This document shows positions 13,430 through 25,691 of a DNA stretch of 64,000 bases, one piece after another. Source of the stretch: Octopus sinensis (Eukaryota); contig NC_043015.1 of NCBI RefSeq assembly GCF_006345805.1, positions 44,578,001-44,642,000 of the forward strand. The letters run 5' to 3'. The notes beneath the pieces are model-generated. The model was given only the letters and a program-made list of their open reading frames with translations, was not told where the DNA came from and did not search any database. The number at the start of each line of letters is the position of its first letter. Position 1 is the first letter of the stretch. The position numbers and the translations under genes are program-made.

Positions 13430-13495
13430 TTTATTTGTTTCAGTGATTTGACTGCAGCCATACTGGAGCACCGCCTTTAGTCGAAATGTTCTCAA
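13430..13495 (-). mobile_element. SINE family A 3' tail fragment
   Basis: TTGTTTCAGTGATTTGACTGCAGCCATACTGGAGCACCGCCTTTAGTCGA is the reverse complement of the family-A tail. Confidence 0.75.
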
Positions 13496-13779
13496 AATAA
13501 CTTGTCCGACCGTCTCATAGGCCTCTCCTTTGAGAAAGACTGATTTAACCTAAATTTCAGACACCAGCAAAAGAAGAAATAAAGGTAGACTTTTTTCTAT
13601 TCCAAAGGAAAACGATTTTATTCACATAAATATGCAACCGAAGAGGTTAAAGTACCAGTAATGATAAGGCTGTTGACTGGGAGAACACAAACATGGTTTA
13701 AACAGTAAGCTTGGCAGGAAAGAAACGTGCATTTAAGCAGTACAAAAACAACAAAAAATGGAAGGTGCATTTATGTACA

Positions 13780-13990
13780 GGTTGACGGAAGAAAAGCAGG
13801 ACAAAAACGGCTTTATCGATCGCATTCTCACCTGGAATCGATTTTTGTAATTTTTTTCAGGACTTATACACTCGCTGATACAGTCGGTATCTACATATCA
13901 AATTTGAACGCAATCGGATGGAGGATGCCCGAGATCCGAGAAGAAACACACACAGTCAGACAGACAGACAGGAGGGATTTTATATAAGCG
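13780..13990 (+). mobile_element. Helentron/DINE-1-like non-autonomous element end (tentative)
   Basis: CAAATTTGAACGCAATCGGATG...(CAGA)n...GATTTTATATA resembles the subterminal organisation of Helentron-derived elements. Confidence 0.4.
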
Positions 13991-15234
13991 ATAACTCCAC
14001 CAAATATAATCTAAGGTTAGATATAACATCAACAGTTTTGATATTTATACGCCCGTGATTTATAGCTGCATTTAATTAGATACGTAGTTATTTTACGCAG
14101 AGCCTTTTCCTGCTTCAAACGTTCCTACGCATACGTATGTGTGGACGACTACTTAGAACGAAACCAATTTCGATGGATGTACACCTAATCAAATAATATA
14201 AGACTTACACAAAGAACGCTGCTGGAAGGAACAGGAAATCAAATATCAAAAACAAACAGGATTGGGTGTCTTTAATTAAATATTAAAACTAGTTTCATAT
14301 TGATCTTAGCATTACGTGATTGTTTCTAACAATATTAACGAAATGAAACGCTGCATGTAAAGTACAATTAAATCTTCGATTTCTCACGAGAGTCTATCTA
14401 TTTAATTACATTACAAACAAATTTTCTTTTTAATTTGATTATTATTCTATGCGCTAATGCAGAAATATTTGAATTTATAAATCTGTAGTCTTTGCTAGCA
14501 ACATAACTGAACTTAACTCTTGTAATTTTTAGCAGCACACTTCGCTTTCGACGGATTTCGCAGTGAAATTTTAAAAGCCGGAAAGAAAACTTAAACGAAT
14601 TTAAACTTGAATTAGCATTCCGTTTAAAAGGCTGATTACATATAATTAAATATTCTAATTATGTTAAATGAAGCCAAAACGCATCCGATTGATATTGAGA
14701 AGGATTACTCGAAAATAGTAAAAAAAAAAGACTGGTTTATATTACAGAAGATACAGCACTTTCATGAGGCGTCCAGAGAGATACTCAGCTGTATGCTGTA
14801 CACTAAATGGAAATGCTTTTATATCAAGGAATGCTCAAGGACGCGTTATTATTAATAACAGTTTTTGAAGCATACGCTATGTTGACTTGTATTCGCAGTT
14901 TCTGGAAACGAACGAGATGTAAATTTACTGAAAGCTTTTGCAATTAAAAATTCAATTTGGATGATTCTTCTAAAGCCAGTTGAGAGATAAAGAGATATTT
15001 TGATGGCCACAGATAGTGTGAAGTTGTTGCTGATATTATTAATTATGCATTTGGAAGTAAAATGTAAATTAAGAAACGTTTGCATAATGCATTCTATATG
15101 GTCCCAATCCACAATAATATGTATTTTAATAAGCTGTGTCATCCATCGAAATTTAACACTGATACACACGAACTTACACGTATATGTGTGTATATGCATA
15201 TCACTACACACACACACACACACATGCATACACA

Positions 15235-15330
<96 letters not shown>

Positions 15331-16009
15331 ATATCAAGCACAAATTCAAAAGGTATCTTTGGTCGGAACATATCTAAGTTTATCTATGTGTATGTGTGTG
15401 CTGTAATAGAATAAGTTACAAAAATGCAATATCTCGCATAGCGTACATAATGAAAACTCATAAAATTAAACCTCAATATAACTCGAGAGTAAAATTCAAT
15501 GTTACACGTGTTTAGACCACAAGCGAGCAATACAAGATTTGTCTTCAGGAATGTTTGTAATAGGGGTATTGCATGCTGATATTTTCCCAAAAGTTTTATA
15601 CTGTAGGTTCATGTTATTGATGTGAGATCGTAGGTTTAGTTTGGTCATCGTAGATAGAATCCAAAGATAGTTGAGACTAAATGTAACCTACAATGACCTA
15701 CATTAACCTACTAATATCAATAATATGGAATTACCGTATAACAGTTCTAGAATACCAGCATACACTATACCCTTATAAATACTCTTCACCGATGTTTTAT
15801 CAAACTCTCGTGCTTTAAACTGCAGTAGCATTCAATTCTATTCTTATGTTGGGTGAACGTTTAAATATGCGAGGGGTCACCTTTACAATTAAAATGTGGA
15901 AATGTGAGAGTTGTGAAAAATAAGTTATAGACAGATTGCATAAAAGCCATAATCTGAACTCATAGCAGTTGTTTACCTGTCTGCATATTTATTCTGTCAT
16001 ATAACTCTA

Positions 16010-16072
16010 ACTCTATCTATCTATCTATCTATCTATATATATATATATATATATATATATCTACCTACCTAC

Positions 16073-16103
<31 letters not shown>

Positions 16104-16159
16104 CCTATCTATCTATCTATCTATCCATCTATCTATCTACCTATCTATCTATCTACCAT

Positions 16160-16215
<56 letters not shown>

Positions 16216-16240
16216 CCTACCTACCCACCTACCTGCCTAC

Positions 16241-16292
<52 letters not shown>

Positions 16293-16330
16293 TTATTAGT
16301 TTATCTATCTCTCTACCTATCTATGCATCT
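16010..16330. repeat. (TATC)n/(TACC)n microsatellite
   Basis: Directly visible. Confidence 0.95.
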
Positions 16331-16638
16331 ATCTTTACGATTGAAACAACACCTATAGATAATGCTCATTAAACAACAATAACTTCCTTGCATTTGGAGT
16401 TTAGATAGTTATAGTTAAGACAGTTGGTGTTTAGGTAACAAGTTACATTTTCCGTATCTTACGTCATTACCTTACGTCATCAGACGTAATATTAACTGAA
16501 ATCTATATTACACGTGTGCGTATACATTTGTGAGTATGTCTGTGTGTATGTTTGTATAAATCAGCATACAAATGAATATATACATACAAATAGATATATA
16601 TGTATATATATATATATATCTTTCCCTCTATTATATAT

Positions 16639-16670
<32 letters not shown>

Positions 16671-16969
16671 TGAGGCAGAGAGAAAGAGACATAGATAGAC
16701 AGAGAGAGAGAGAGAGAGAGGAGTGGTGGGGGATAGTCTCCAACAGAATACGTCAGTATTACTAATGAGAAATTCACAGAATGGTTACGCAGTAAAATAC
16801 CTGAAATATATAGTAGTGGCAGGTGGAAAATTGCAAGACCAACTACATTAGTGAAATACTCTATGTGACAAATGTAAATGCCTAACTTCTGCCACAAGTG
16901 GCAGGATGTAGAGGGACTAATTAAGCCCATTATTTTGATTTGCTACTCCGATATCGGCTAGGTGTGGAG

Positions 16970-17170
16970 CAGTGGTTTTCAACCAGGGTTACGCCAGTAC
17001 AGTCCAGGGGTTCCGTAAGAAGTTACAAAACTGCTAAAATCGGCAGTAATTTTTAATTCTCCTGTGCAGATATGTGTGCATAAGACAATTAAATTATTGC
17101 ACAGGGGTTCCTCGCGCCAGTGGAATGTTTCCTTGGGGTTCCGCTCCTGCAAAAAGTTTGAAAAGCTCTG
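16970..17170. mobile_element. hAT/Charlie-type MITE
   Basis: TIRs CAGTGGTTTTCAA / TTGAAAAGCTCTG (11/13 match); 8-bp TSD GTGTGGAG (16962-16969) / GTGCGGAG (17171-17178); inserted at the head of a family-C SINE. Confidence 0.85.
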
Positions 17171-17499
17171 GTGCGGAGGCACATGGCCTAGTGGTTAGAG
17201 CAGCGGATTTGACAGGCAAATCGGTAGAGTGCCAAACTGAATATTAATCGTTCTAGTTTCCTTTACGATTTAATATCAAATCATACAGCACAGACTGAGT
17301 CTTTTGCTCTAGCTAGGGCTAATATTTTAAGAATGGGTTGAACTTCCTGGAATCAAGCAAATATTTTTCCCACCAAGCTGTGTGCCCTTGTGTCTCAGAT
17401 TGAACATTGTGTTTCCAGGTTTGCTTTCCATTGTCCATAGTAGTTTGTTGTGTGTCGTTATTAGAAAACGTCTTAAGGGGTTGAGCTGAGCTGGTGGAA

Positions 17500-18150
17500 T
17501 CATTAGCAACGGCGGTCTAAATACTTAGCTGCAATTCATTTTTCTTTACTTTCTGAGCTCAAATTCTACCGAGTTCGGCTCTGATTTTCACCTTTTCAGA
17601 ACCGATAACATAAATACCACGTGAACATTAGTATCGATATAATAGATTTAGCCCCTGCCCTAATACTGCTGGCCTTCTGGCAAACGTTGAAACCTTAAAA
17701 CGGCAAGCGTGCGGAATCGTTAGCGGCATTTCGTCCGCCTTTACCGTAGTGGCATTTCGTCTACCTTAACCTTAGCGACATTTCGTCCGTCTTTATGTTG
17801 TGAAGTCAAATTCTGCCGAAGTCGACATTGGTTTCACCTTTTCGTGGTCGATAAAGTAAATTCCAGTCAAGTACTGAGAACGGTGTAATCGATTGTTCAC
17901 CTCCCGCCAAATTCCAGACAATGTGCCTATAATAGAAATGATTATCAGAAGCCTTCTAAAGGCGGCCAGCAGGGAGAATCGTTAGTGAAACAACGAATCG
18001 TCAGTGAAATTGCTCAGGGGTATTTTTCCGTCTCTTCAGTTTTGAGTTAAAATCCGTTTAAGGTTGACCTTGCCTTCCCTCCTTTCAGGATCAGTAAAAT
18101 ACATGCCACGTGAATATTGGCGTCCATATATTTGACTTAATCTCTCCTCT
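17500..18150 (+). mobile_element. Cluster of decayed family-B SINEs
   Basis: Repeated GAATCGTTAG...TTCTGAG.TCAAATTC..CCGAGGTCGAC..TG..TTTCA.C.TTT modules. Confidence 0.65.
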
Positions 18151-18399
18151 CAAAGGGTGCTGTCGTAGTACCAACATTTGAAACCAATATTTGAAATCGT
18201 CTAAGGATGATACTGTTCCTCATTTTTCAGAGTCGACACAATACACCTCTAAGTAAATTCTTTAGAGGATTTAATCGACGTTGACCCCACCAACACATAC
18301 CTTACGATTGTTGGCCTTGTATCTAATTTACAAACAACTATTAAAGATAATACAGCACTATATTTAAGAGATGAGGAATTATGTACGTTACTTACTTTT

Positions 18400-18800
18400 G
18401 ACGGATATTCGTCCTCATCTTGTTTGTTGTTAACACAACGTTTCAGCTGATATACCTACCCTCCAGCCTTCATCAGGGGTATGGCGGAAATTTCGAAACA
18501 GGTTCTCATTCCTTAGGTATTTTTCGATGTTATTATTATTATTATTATATTATTATTATTATTATTATTATTATTCATGCCACTGCTTGGAATCGAACTA
18601 GAAAGTTTGGGGTTAGTAGCCCGCGCTCTTAAGCACTATAATAATAACATCGAAAAATACCTTAGGAATAAGAAACCAAGTTCGAAATTTCCCCAAGACA
18701 CCTGATGAAGGCTGTAGGGTATATCAGCGGAAACGTTGTGTTAACAACAAACAAGAAGAGGATACATACCCATCAAATTTAAATAATGTAAATAACTATT
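18400..18800. mobile_element. tRNA-headed hammerhead element with inverted partial duplicate
   Basis: Minus strand 18635 to 18400: tRNA-like head (B box GTTCGATTC), (AAT)n linker, then body with hammerhead 18433-18480. Plus strand 18640-18800 is an inverted copy of the body with hammerhead 18698-18741. Confidence 0.75.
18698..18741 (+). ncRNA. Minimal type I hammerhead ribozyme motif
   Basis: ACAC-CTGATGA-A-GGCTG...CAGCG-GAA-ACGT-T-GTGT: 4-bp stem I, palindromic ACGU stem III, GUU site. The inverted copy has CAGCT and ACCC. Confidence 0.75.
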
Positions 18801-18980
18801 GAAGAGATTTCTTCTTTCTTTACATTCTCGGTTGATATCTCGACGTAGCAATGATTTGCAACTCTTTAATTTCTTTTTATATAAAATAGTTAAACACCTA
18901 TATCTATCTATCTATCTATCTATATATATAAATATATCTATATATATATATAAATATGTGTGTGTATGTATGTATGTATA

Positions 18981-19114
<134 letters not shown>

Positions 19115-19119
19115 CGTGT

Positions 19120-19335
19120 GGAGGCGCAATGGCCCAGTGGCTAGGGCAGCGGACTCGCAGTCGTAGGATCGCGGTTTCGATTCCCAGGCCGGGCGTTGTG
19201 AGTGTTTATTGAGCAAAAACACCTAAAAGCTCCACGAGGCTCTGGCAAGGGGTGGGGTGATCCCTGCTGTACTAAACGGCGGTGCATCAGCATGGCCGCA
19301 GCTCTGAGCTGAAACTAGAGAAAAGAAAAAAAACT
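19120..19335 (+). mobile_element. SINE family C 5' part joined to a LINE-type 3' tail
   Basis: tRNA head GGAGGCGCAATGGCCCAGTGG...TTCGATTCCC; the body ends at 19272 and continues as GGCGGTGCATCAGCATGGCCGCAGCTCTGAGCTGAAAC. Confidence 0.8.
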
Positions 19336-21373
19336 AAGATTATTCAATGAAGGGAACCTTACTGCGTCTGACTAAAATGAAATGTATTCATAAACTTCTA
19401 TTTATTTTCTGAGTTCAAGTTTTGCCAAACCTTTCTCGGTGGGGGTGATAAAATAAAGGATACTTGTATACCAGAGTCGGTTTGGTTTCATTCAGCTTTG
19501 CCTGGGCTATCAAAGCTAGCGTGGATTTCCCTACGCGTTTGCTCCAATATGATAGAAAAGCCGTAAAGTTGACATCAGTAACACGGAAAGGGAAGGCGAC
19601 GTCGGATATTGTATTTGAATATACGCAATGCTTGAAAGAGGGGCAAAGAATCTAACAGAAACAAAGCCTTTGATCAGAGGTTTGCACGATATGGTTTGAC
19701 CCGGACTAAATATCACTAGCTCGACGAAGAACGACAAAAATGTGTATGACATTAAGCTAAAGTTAGAAACCATTATTAAAGCCAGCTTTGTTAAGAATGA
19801 CGATTAACTGTATCAGAGTCAGCTATAATAATAATAATTATTAATATTTCTATTGTGAACAGCCGCTTCCATTTCATTTACCTCATAACGATGCAACAAA
19901 AATTATTTGCTTCGATGGAAACACGTTAGGGAAGAAATCAAAGCGCTGTTAAAGTGGGTATTTAGTGATTAAGTCCTTTATAATGTCCAACTCTAGATCA
20001 AAACATTTCAATTCTCTTCGGCACTACTTTTGCTATGTTCGGTGTTCGTTCATGAAGCTCTGCTACATGTTGGGGTTCATTGAACATTCACTGAATAAAG
20101 CAAATGGTTTATCTCTCACCCCAAAGGTAAGGCCTGCTTCCTGCACAATGTGCTTTTTGGTTTAAGCAATGGTTTCGCAATCTTTTATTTATTTCTTTTA
20201 AATAATTTTTTCTTGTTGTATCATTTTATTTAGTTTTCTTTACAATACGAACCGGCATTCATGCAATTGAAACATTATAACTTTACTAAAATAATATTTG
20301 ATTAATATCAGTAGTTTCAACTACAACCAGAACAACAGAGATTTTTAGATTGAAAAAAAAAATATGATACACATTTTAGTTTTAGCGTTTTCTTTCTTTT
20401 CCTAATTTTAATATTTCATATCATATTTCTATTGATAGTTTATTTTAATTTTTAGAGTTCATTATAAATTAGATATGCGTGCAAACAGTAGCCTCGGGAG
20501 ATATAGACAGTTCCATATCAGAAAGAATATCAAGAGATTATGAATATTAAAAATAAAAAAATAAAACCATCGCAAAAATTAAATTAAATTAAATTAAAAG
20601 AAAACTAGTAATAAAGAGTAACGTATCATTGTTTAATTATGCCCCGCACTACATAATTTTATTGATGTTTTCTTTTCGTTACTCTTTAACTTTTAACCGC
20701 CGATATCTGAACAAAGATTTTAACGTTTGAAAAAACACTTTTTAAAGTGTATTTAAGCGTTTTCTTTTTATCTCTAGCGGGTTTTATCGAAGATTTACGA
20801 GTGGCATGACAAACGAGTTATAGATCTCGTATGTGGGGGAAGAAAATAAAGATGAAGCGAAAGGTTATCAGTAAATAGAGAAAAAAGCTAAAGTTCTGGA
20901 TTTTAAAATACATGAAACTGGAGATTTCTCAACGGAATTTTTACAGAACGGTCATCGATTTTCTCGTTGATAGCTATGTTACTTTTAGTTTTATACATAC
21001 ATTTCTTGTCTTTTTTTTTCCTCCTTTGGAAGACTGTTATAAAATTGTTAACAACTATTCACTAATGAAAATAAAATTACTTGCCAATCCCCTGGTTGGT
21101 TACATTTAGTGGTAAAACTTTGCTTTTTGCACTTTTTAATCCACAAGGCATACTTTCGAATAACTGCAAGTATAATTAATGATTTGTGAACTCTCCAAAC
21201 TTGTAAGTAAACTCAGGAAAAAATTGGTGCATATGACTGTTGCGGTTTCCTTCCCTGCTTGAAATCATTTCATTTATTTCACAAACCAATCTGTACTACG
21301 AGATCCATCTCTTCAGAAACAACGCAACAATGACGGGAAATTATAATAAATAATGATAAATAATAATAAATAA

Positions 21374-21730
21374 TAAGTAGCTTGTTTACCAGCCACATGG
21401 TTCCGGGTTCAGTCCCACTGTGTGGCACCTTGGGCAAGTGTCTTCTACTATAGCCTCGGGCCGACCAAAGCTTTGTGAGTGGATTTGGTCGACGGAAACT
21501 GAAAGAAGCCCGTCGTATATATGTGTATATATATGTATGTGAGTGTGTTTGTGTGTCTGTGTTTATGTCCCCGTAACTTAGCGGTTCGGCAAAAGAGACC
21601 GATAGAATAAGTACTGGGCTTACACAGAATAAGTCCCGGGGTCGAGTTGCTCGATTAAAGGCGGTGCTCCAGCATGGCCGCAGTTAAAATGACTGAAACA
21701 AGTAAAAAAGAAAAAAAAGAAAGAAAAAAG
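21374..21730 (+). mobile_element. SINE family A, 5'-truncated
   Basis: CCACATGGTTCCGGGTTCAGTCCCACTG...GAAAGAAGCCCGTCG-(TA/TG)n-...GGCGGTGCTCCAGCATGGCCGCAG...GACTGAAACAAG. Confidence 0.9.
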
Positions 21731-21889
21731 AATGATGACTTAATTAATGAAGATAGATCGTCTATGGCACAGCAGAATCAAATGAGCTGCTAGGATGGTT
21801 CTTCAAAGACACGATAAGAACTAAATACGTGATTCAATCCCCCAACGCTGTTTTTCTGAGTTTGATGCAATAGCGTAATAGAGTAATAG

Positions 21890-22108
21890 GGCGGCGGGCT
21901 GACAGAATCGTTAGGACGCCGGGAGAATTGCTTTGTGGTGTTGTTCGTCTGCCGTTACGTTCTGAGTTCAAATTCCGCCAAGGTCGACTTTACCTTTCAT
22001 CCTTTCGGGGTCGATTAATTAAGTACCAGTTACGCACTGGGGGCGATGTAATCGACTTAATCCCTTTGTCTGCCCTTGTTTGTCACCTCTATGTTCAGCC
22101 CTCTGTGG
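21890..22108 (+). mobile_element. SINE family B
   Basis: GGCGGCGGGCTGACAGAATCGTTAG...GTTCTGAGTTCAAATTCCGCC...TTTCGGGGTCGAT. Confidence 0.85.
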
Positions 22109-22151
22109 ATGTATATGTTTATTTATTTAGACATATATTATATATAGTAAA

Positions 22152-22402
22152 GGCGCGTGGTTTAGTGGTTAGGGTGTCAGCATCATGCTCGTAAGATTGT
22201 GGTTTTGATTCCTGGACCGGGCGATGCGTTATTTTCTTGAGTAAAACACTTCATTTCATGTTGCTCCAGTCCCCTCAAATGGCAAAAATGCGTAACGCTG
22301 CGATGGACTGGCGTCCTGTCCAGCTGGGGAACACATACGCTATTGAAACCGGGAAACCGGGCCTATAAGCCTGGCTAGGCTTTAAAAGGGCGGATTTATT
22401 TT
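22152..22402 (+). mobile_element. tRNA-derived SINE with V-domain-like core
   Basis: tRNA-like head related to family D; GCGATGGACTGGCGTCCTGTCCAG at 22300-22323 resembles the V-SINE central domain. Confidence 0.65.
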
Positions 22403-22451
22403 ATTTTATATTGTATATATGTGAGTCTGTGTATGCGTTTGTGCGTACATG

Positions 22452-22548
<97 letters not shown>

Positions 22549-22566
22549 ATATATTATATATATATA

Positions 22567-25500
22567 TAACTTAGAATAACTTAGAAAGGTTTTTGGCCAG
22601 TATTGGCCCAGGCCATGTCTAACTTTATAGCACCACCTGGCGAAGTCTTTCAGTTCAGGATTTGGGCACCAAGGCCCATTCGAGCAGAGAGTTATTGTTT
22701 GCGGAGACATATCCGGGTGTGGGTGGTTTGTCCGGTACTGTTTGAAGGAATTTGTCCAAAGACTTCTTGAATTTTGTGTGGTCAGTTTCTTTTTTGACGT
22801 GTCCTGGTGTAATGTTGAAGAGAGCAGGTCCAATGAGGTGAAATAGTTGTGCCGTATTGTCGTTATGTGATGCGATTTAGATTTTTGTTGTGGACGGATG
22901 GCACGTGGTCCAAGCCTTGGATGCATTTTGAAGGTGATGCCAACATCATTCGGACAGTGCTGATGGAATATTTTCCACATCATACAGATAATGTAGCGTT
23001 CACGGCGTCGTTGGAGTGAATACATTTCAGCTTCTTTAGTCTACCTCAGTAGTCAAGGTCTGACATGCCATCTATCTTTTTTGTGATTGACCTTGGGGAG
23101 CTTCAATTCTCATAATATTTTGTTTTGTGTAGGGAGACCACAGTGGACAGCAGTATTCAAGGTGGGTCGGGCAAAAGTGGAGAAGAGAAGGATAATAGCG
23201 TGGGAATCTCTCGACTGGAAGGTTCTGAGAATCCAGGAACACATTCTGCGGGCCATGTCAACTTTGCTGCTTATATGTGTAGCCCAGCTTATGTTGTTGT
23301 CCACTGTTACTCCCAGGTCTCTGATGTTGTTGGATGCAATGAGAATTTCTCCAGAAGGAGAGAGTATGGGAGTTTCAGAGCGTCCTCCCTTCCAAAGTGG
23401 ATCAGTTCGAATTTGTCTTCATTTAGCAACATGTTATTCTTTTCCGCCCATTGGACAACAGCCAGTAGGTCTGACTGAAGGTTTATTCGGTCATCCACGC
23501 CATTGATGACCTTCTGGAGCTTGGAATCATCAGCGAAGGTTCTGATGTTGCTGTGTTTGATGGTGTCAGTAATATCATTTATGTAGATGATGAAGAGAAG
23601 TGGGCCCAACACAGTGCCTTGTGGGACACCACTGCTGACTTTGGCTGGGCTAGATTTGACTCCCTCGACTACAACATGTTGGGTTCTGTTAGAGAGGAAG
23701 CACTTGATCCATTGCAGCAGCTTTCCAGTGACACCAATATTGGACAGCCTTCTCAGAAGGATCTTATGATCAACCCTGTCAAAGGCCTTGCTGAAATCAA
23801 GGTAGATGACATCAGTGTTGGAACCCTCTCCCAAGGCTCTCAAAATGTCATCAAAATGATGCAGTAGCTGCGTCAGGCAATCTCTCCCATTACGGAATCC
23901 ATGCTGGTTGGGGTTCAGCATATTATGACTCTCAAGGAAGTGAGTCATACGCGATCTCAGCACCCTCTCAAATACCTTGATGATATGAGAGGTGAGTGAG
24001 ATTGGACGGTAATTCACGGCAAGTGATTTGTTTCCTTTTTTGAAAACTGGGACAACAGACTGGGATAGAAGATCTTCTGGTATATATCCAGCATCCAGTG
24101 AGTTCCGCCACAGATTGGCTAGAGGGGGTGCAAGTTGGCTTTGACACATCTTCAAGACACAAGCAGGGAACCTATCGGGACCTACTGCTGAATTATGCTT
24201 CATTTCCTTTATTGCTGCTAAGACATCAGGAGCGCCAAATGTTATGTCCGATAAAGTGTATTGGGGAGTAACATCACTGATACAGCCCAGATCAGTTATA
24301 TCAGGATTGCTGAAAACAGAGCAATATTGTTTCTGCAATATTTCTCCCATGGTTTTGGCATTGTCTTGAAGAGTACCATTTTCATCAATCAGAGGGCCAA
24401 CAGTAGAACCAGTGACTCTGTGTTTTTTTGCAAATGAAAAGAACACTTTGGGATTGAGTTTGATCTTCTCAATGGCCCAGGCCTCTTCAGCTCTTCGCTG
24501 ACTATTGATGATAGACATCATGTTGTTTTGGAGTTTATGTTTTTTAATCTCTAGCGACGAGATGGCAGTCAGGTTGGTGTGTTGCTGTTGACAGTATTTC
24601 AGCATGTTGATCTTTTTGTTGATTCTTTTAATTTTCCTTATGAGAGATTTTCTATTTCTAGGGATTCGACACTTAGATTTGTTTGCAGATCTTAATGGGG
24701 TGTGTCTTGCACATATGTTCGTGATGGTGTCTACAAGTGACTGCCAGGACTTTTTGATGTTAGTGGGTGTGTATGTGTGCGTGAAGGACCAATCGACTTG
24801 TGCAAGATCATTATTGATCGCTTCCCAGTTTGCATTGTGGAAATCCATAGTGTCAAATGGATGAACAGGAGGGATGACATTTGTTTTGCATTTTGGCCAG
24901 TGAAATCTCATATCACAGAGAACCATGTCATGGTCGGAGAGTAGGGTTTTCTCCACTGCAATATTGTGGATAGTATCAGTGTGATTGCTGAAAATTATCT
25001 AAGACGTTTTTGTGACATCTCGTTGGTTCGAGTACCAGTTGGGACAAGAAGAGTCATCCATGAAGTCAAGAAGCGATTCCACTGCCTCCCTGTCAGGGGT
25101 TGAGAGAGAAGAACCTGGCGGCAGACTGTTTGTAGACCAGTCAACCCGGGAAGGTTGAAATCTCCATCATTAAAATGTTGTCAGGTTGACACTGCTGATG
25201 AAACACTTTATGCTGTTGAGGCATTCCTTGAAGCATGGTAGGGGCGTTTGGGGTGGTCTGTAGAGCCCAACTACTGTTAAGTTGTTGGTTTGACTGAATA
25301 CAGCGACTGCTTCGCAGTATCCATTCGAAAATATGTTCATGGCTTCTGTTGAGAATGAATCATGGACATAAATGGCAGTCCCACCCTGTCTTCTGCCAAC
25401 ACGATCAGCACGAATGGTTTTGAAACTTTTAACTTTCACCTCGGCTTCCAAGTGGAGGTCACTAAGATGGGTTTCAGTGAGGACGAAGAAAGGGATGTGG

Positions 25501-25645
25501 TTTGGATGGGCCTCGACCCAGTCCTCCAGGAATCTTATCTTCCATTTTTGTGTATTGGTGGAAGGGCTGATGCCTTGGGCATTAAGCAGAAATGTTGAGG
25601 CGAGAGTGGATGGTTTTAATTGTTTTGGTGATTTGTTTATTTGAT
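22567..25645 (-). mobile_element. CR1-group (CR1/L2-like) LINE, ORF2 essentially full-length but disrupted
   Basis: APE endonuclease motifs (LLNAQGI, LTETHL, GGTAIYV, GDFNLP across a frameshift, SDH); RT motifs; C-terminal SLQRRRERY; tail TAAGTTATTCTAAGTTA running into (TA)n. Confidence 0.95.
23307..24956 (-). pseudogene. LINE reverse transcriptase segment (549-aa open stretch)
   Basis: NYRPISLTS, YLDFSKAFDRVDH, GVPQGTVLGPLLF, FADD; frameshifts at about 25170 and about 23310. Confidence 0.95.

Positions 25646-25691
<46 letters not shown>

Noticed and set aside
21660-21705. SINE-A tail stem-GAAAC-AA-GTA resembling half a hammerhead
   Set aside because: No CUGANGA box upstream; better explained as the LINE-derived 3' stem-loop.
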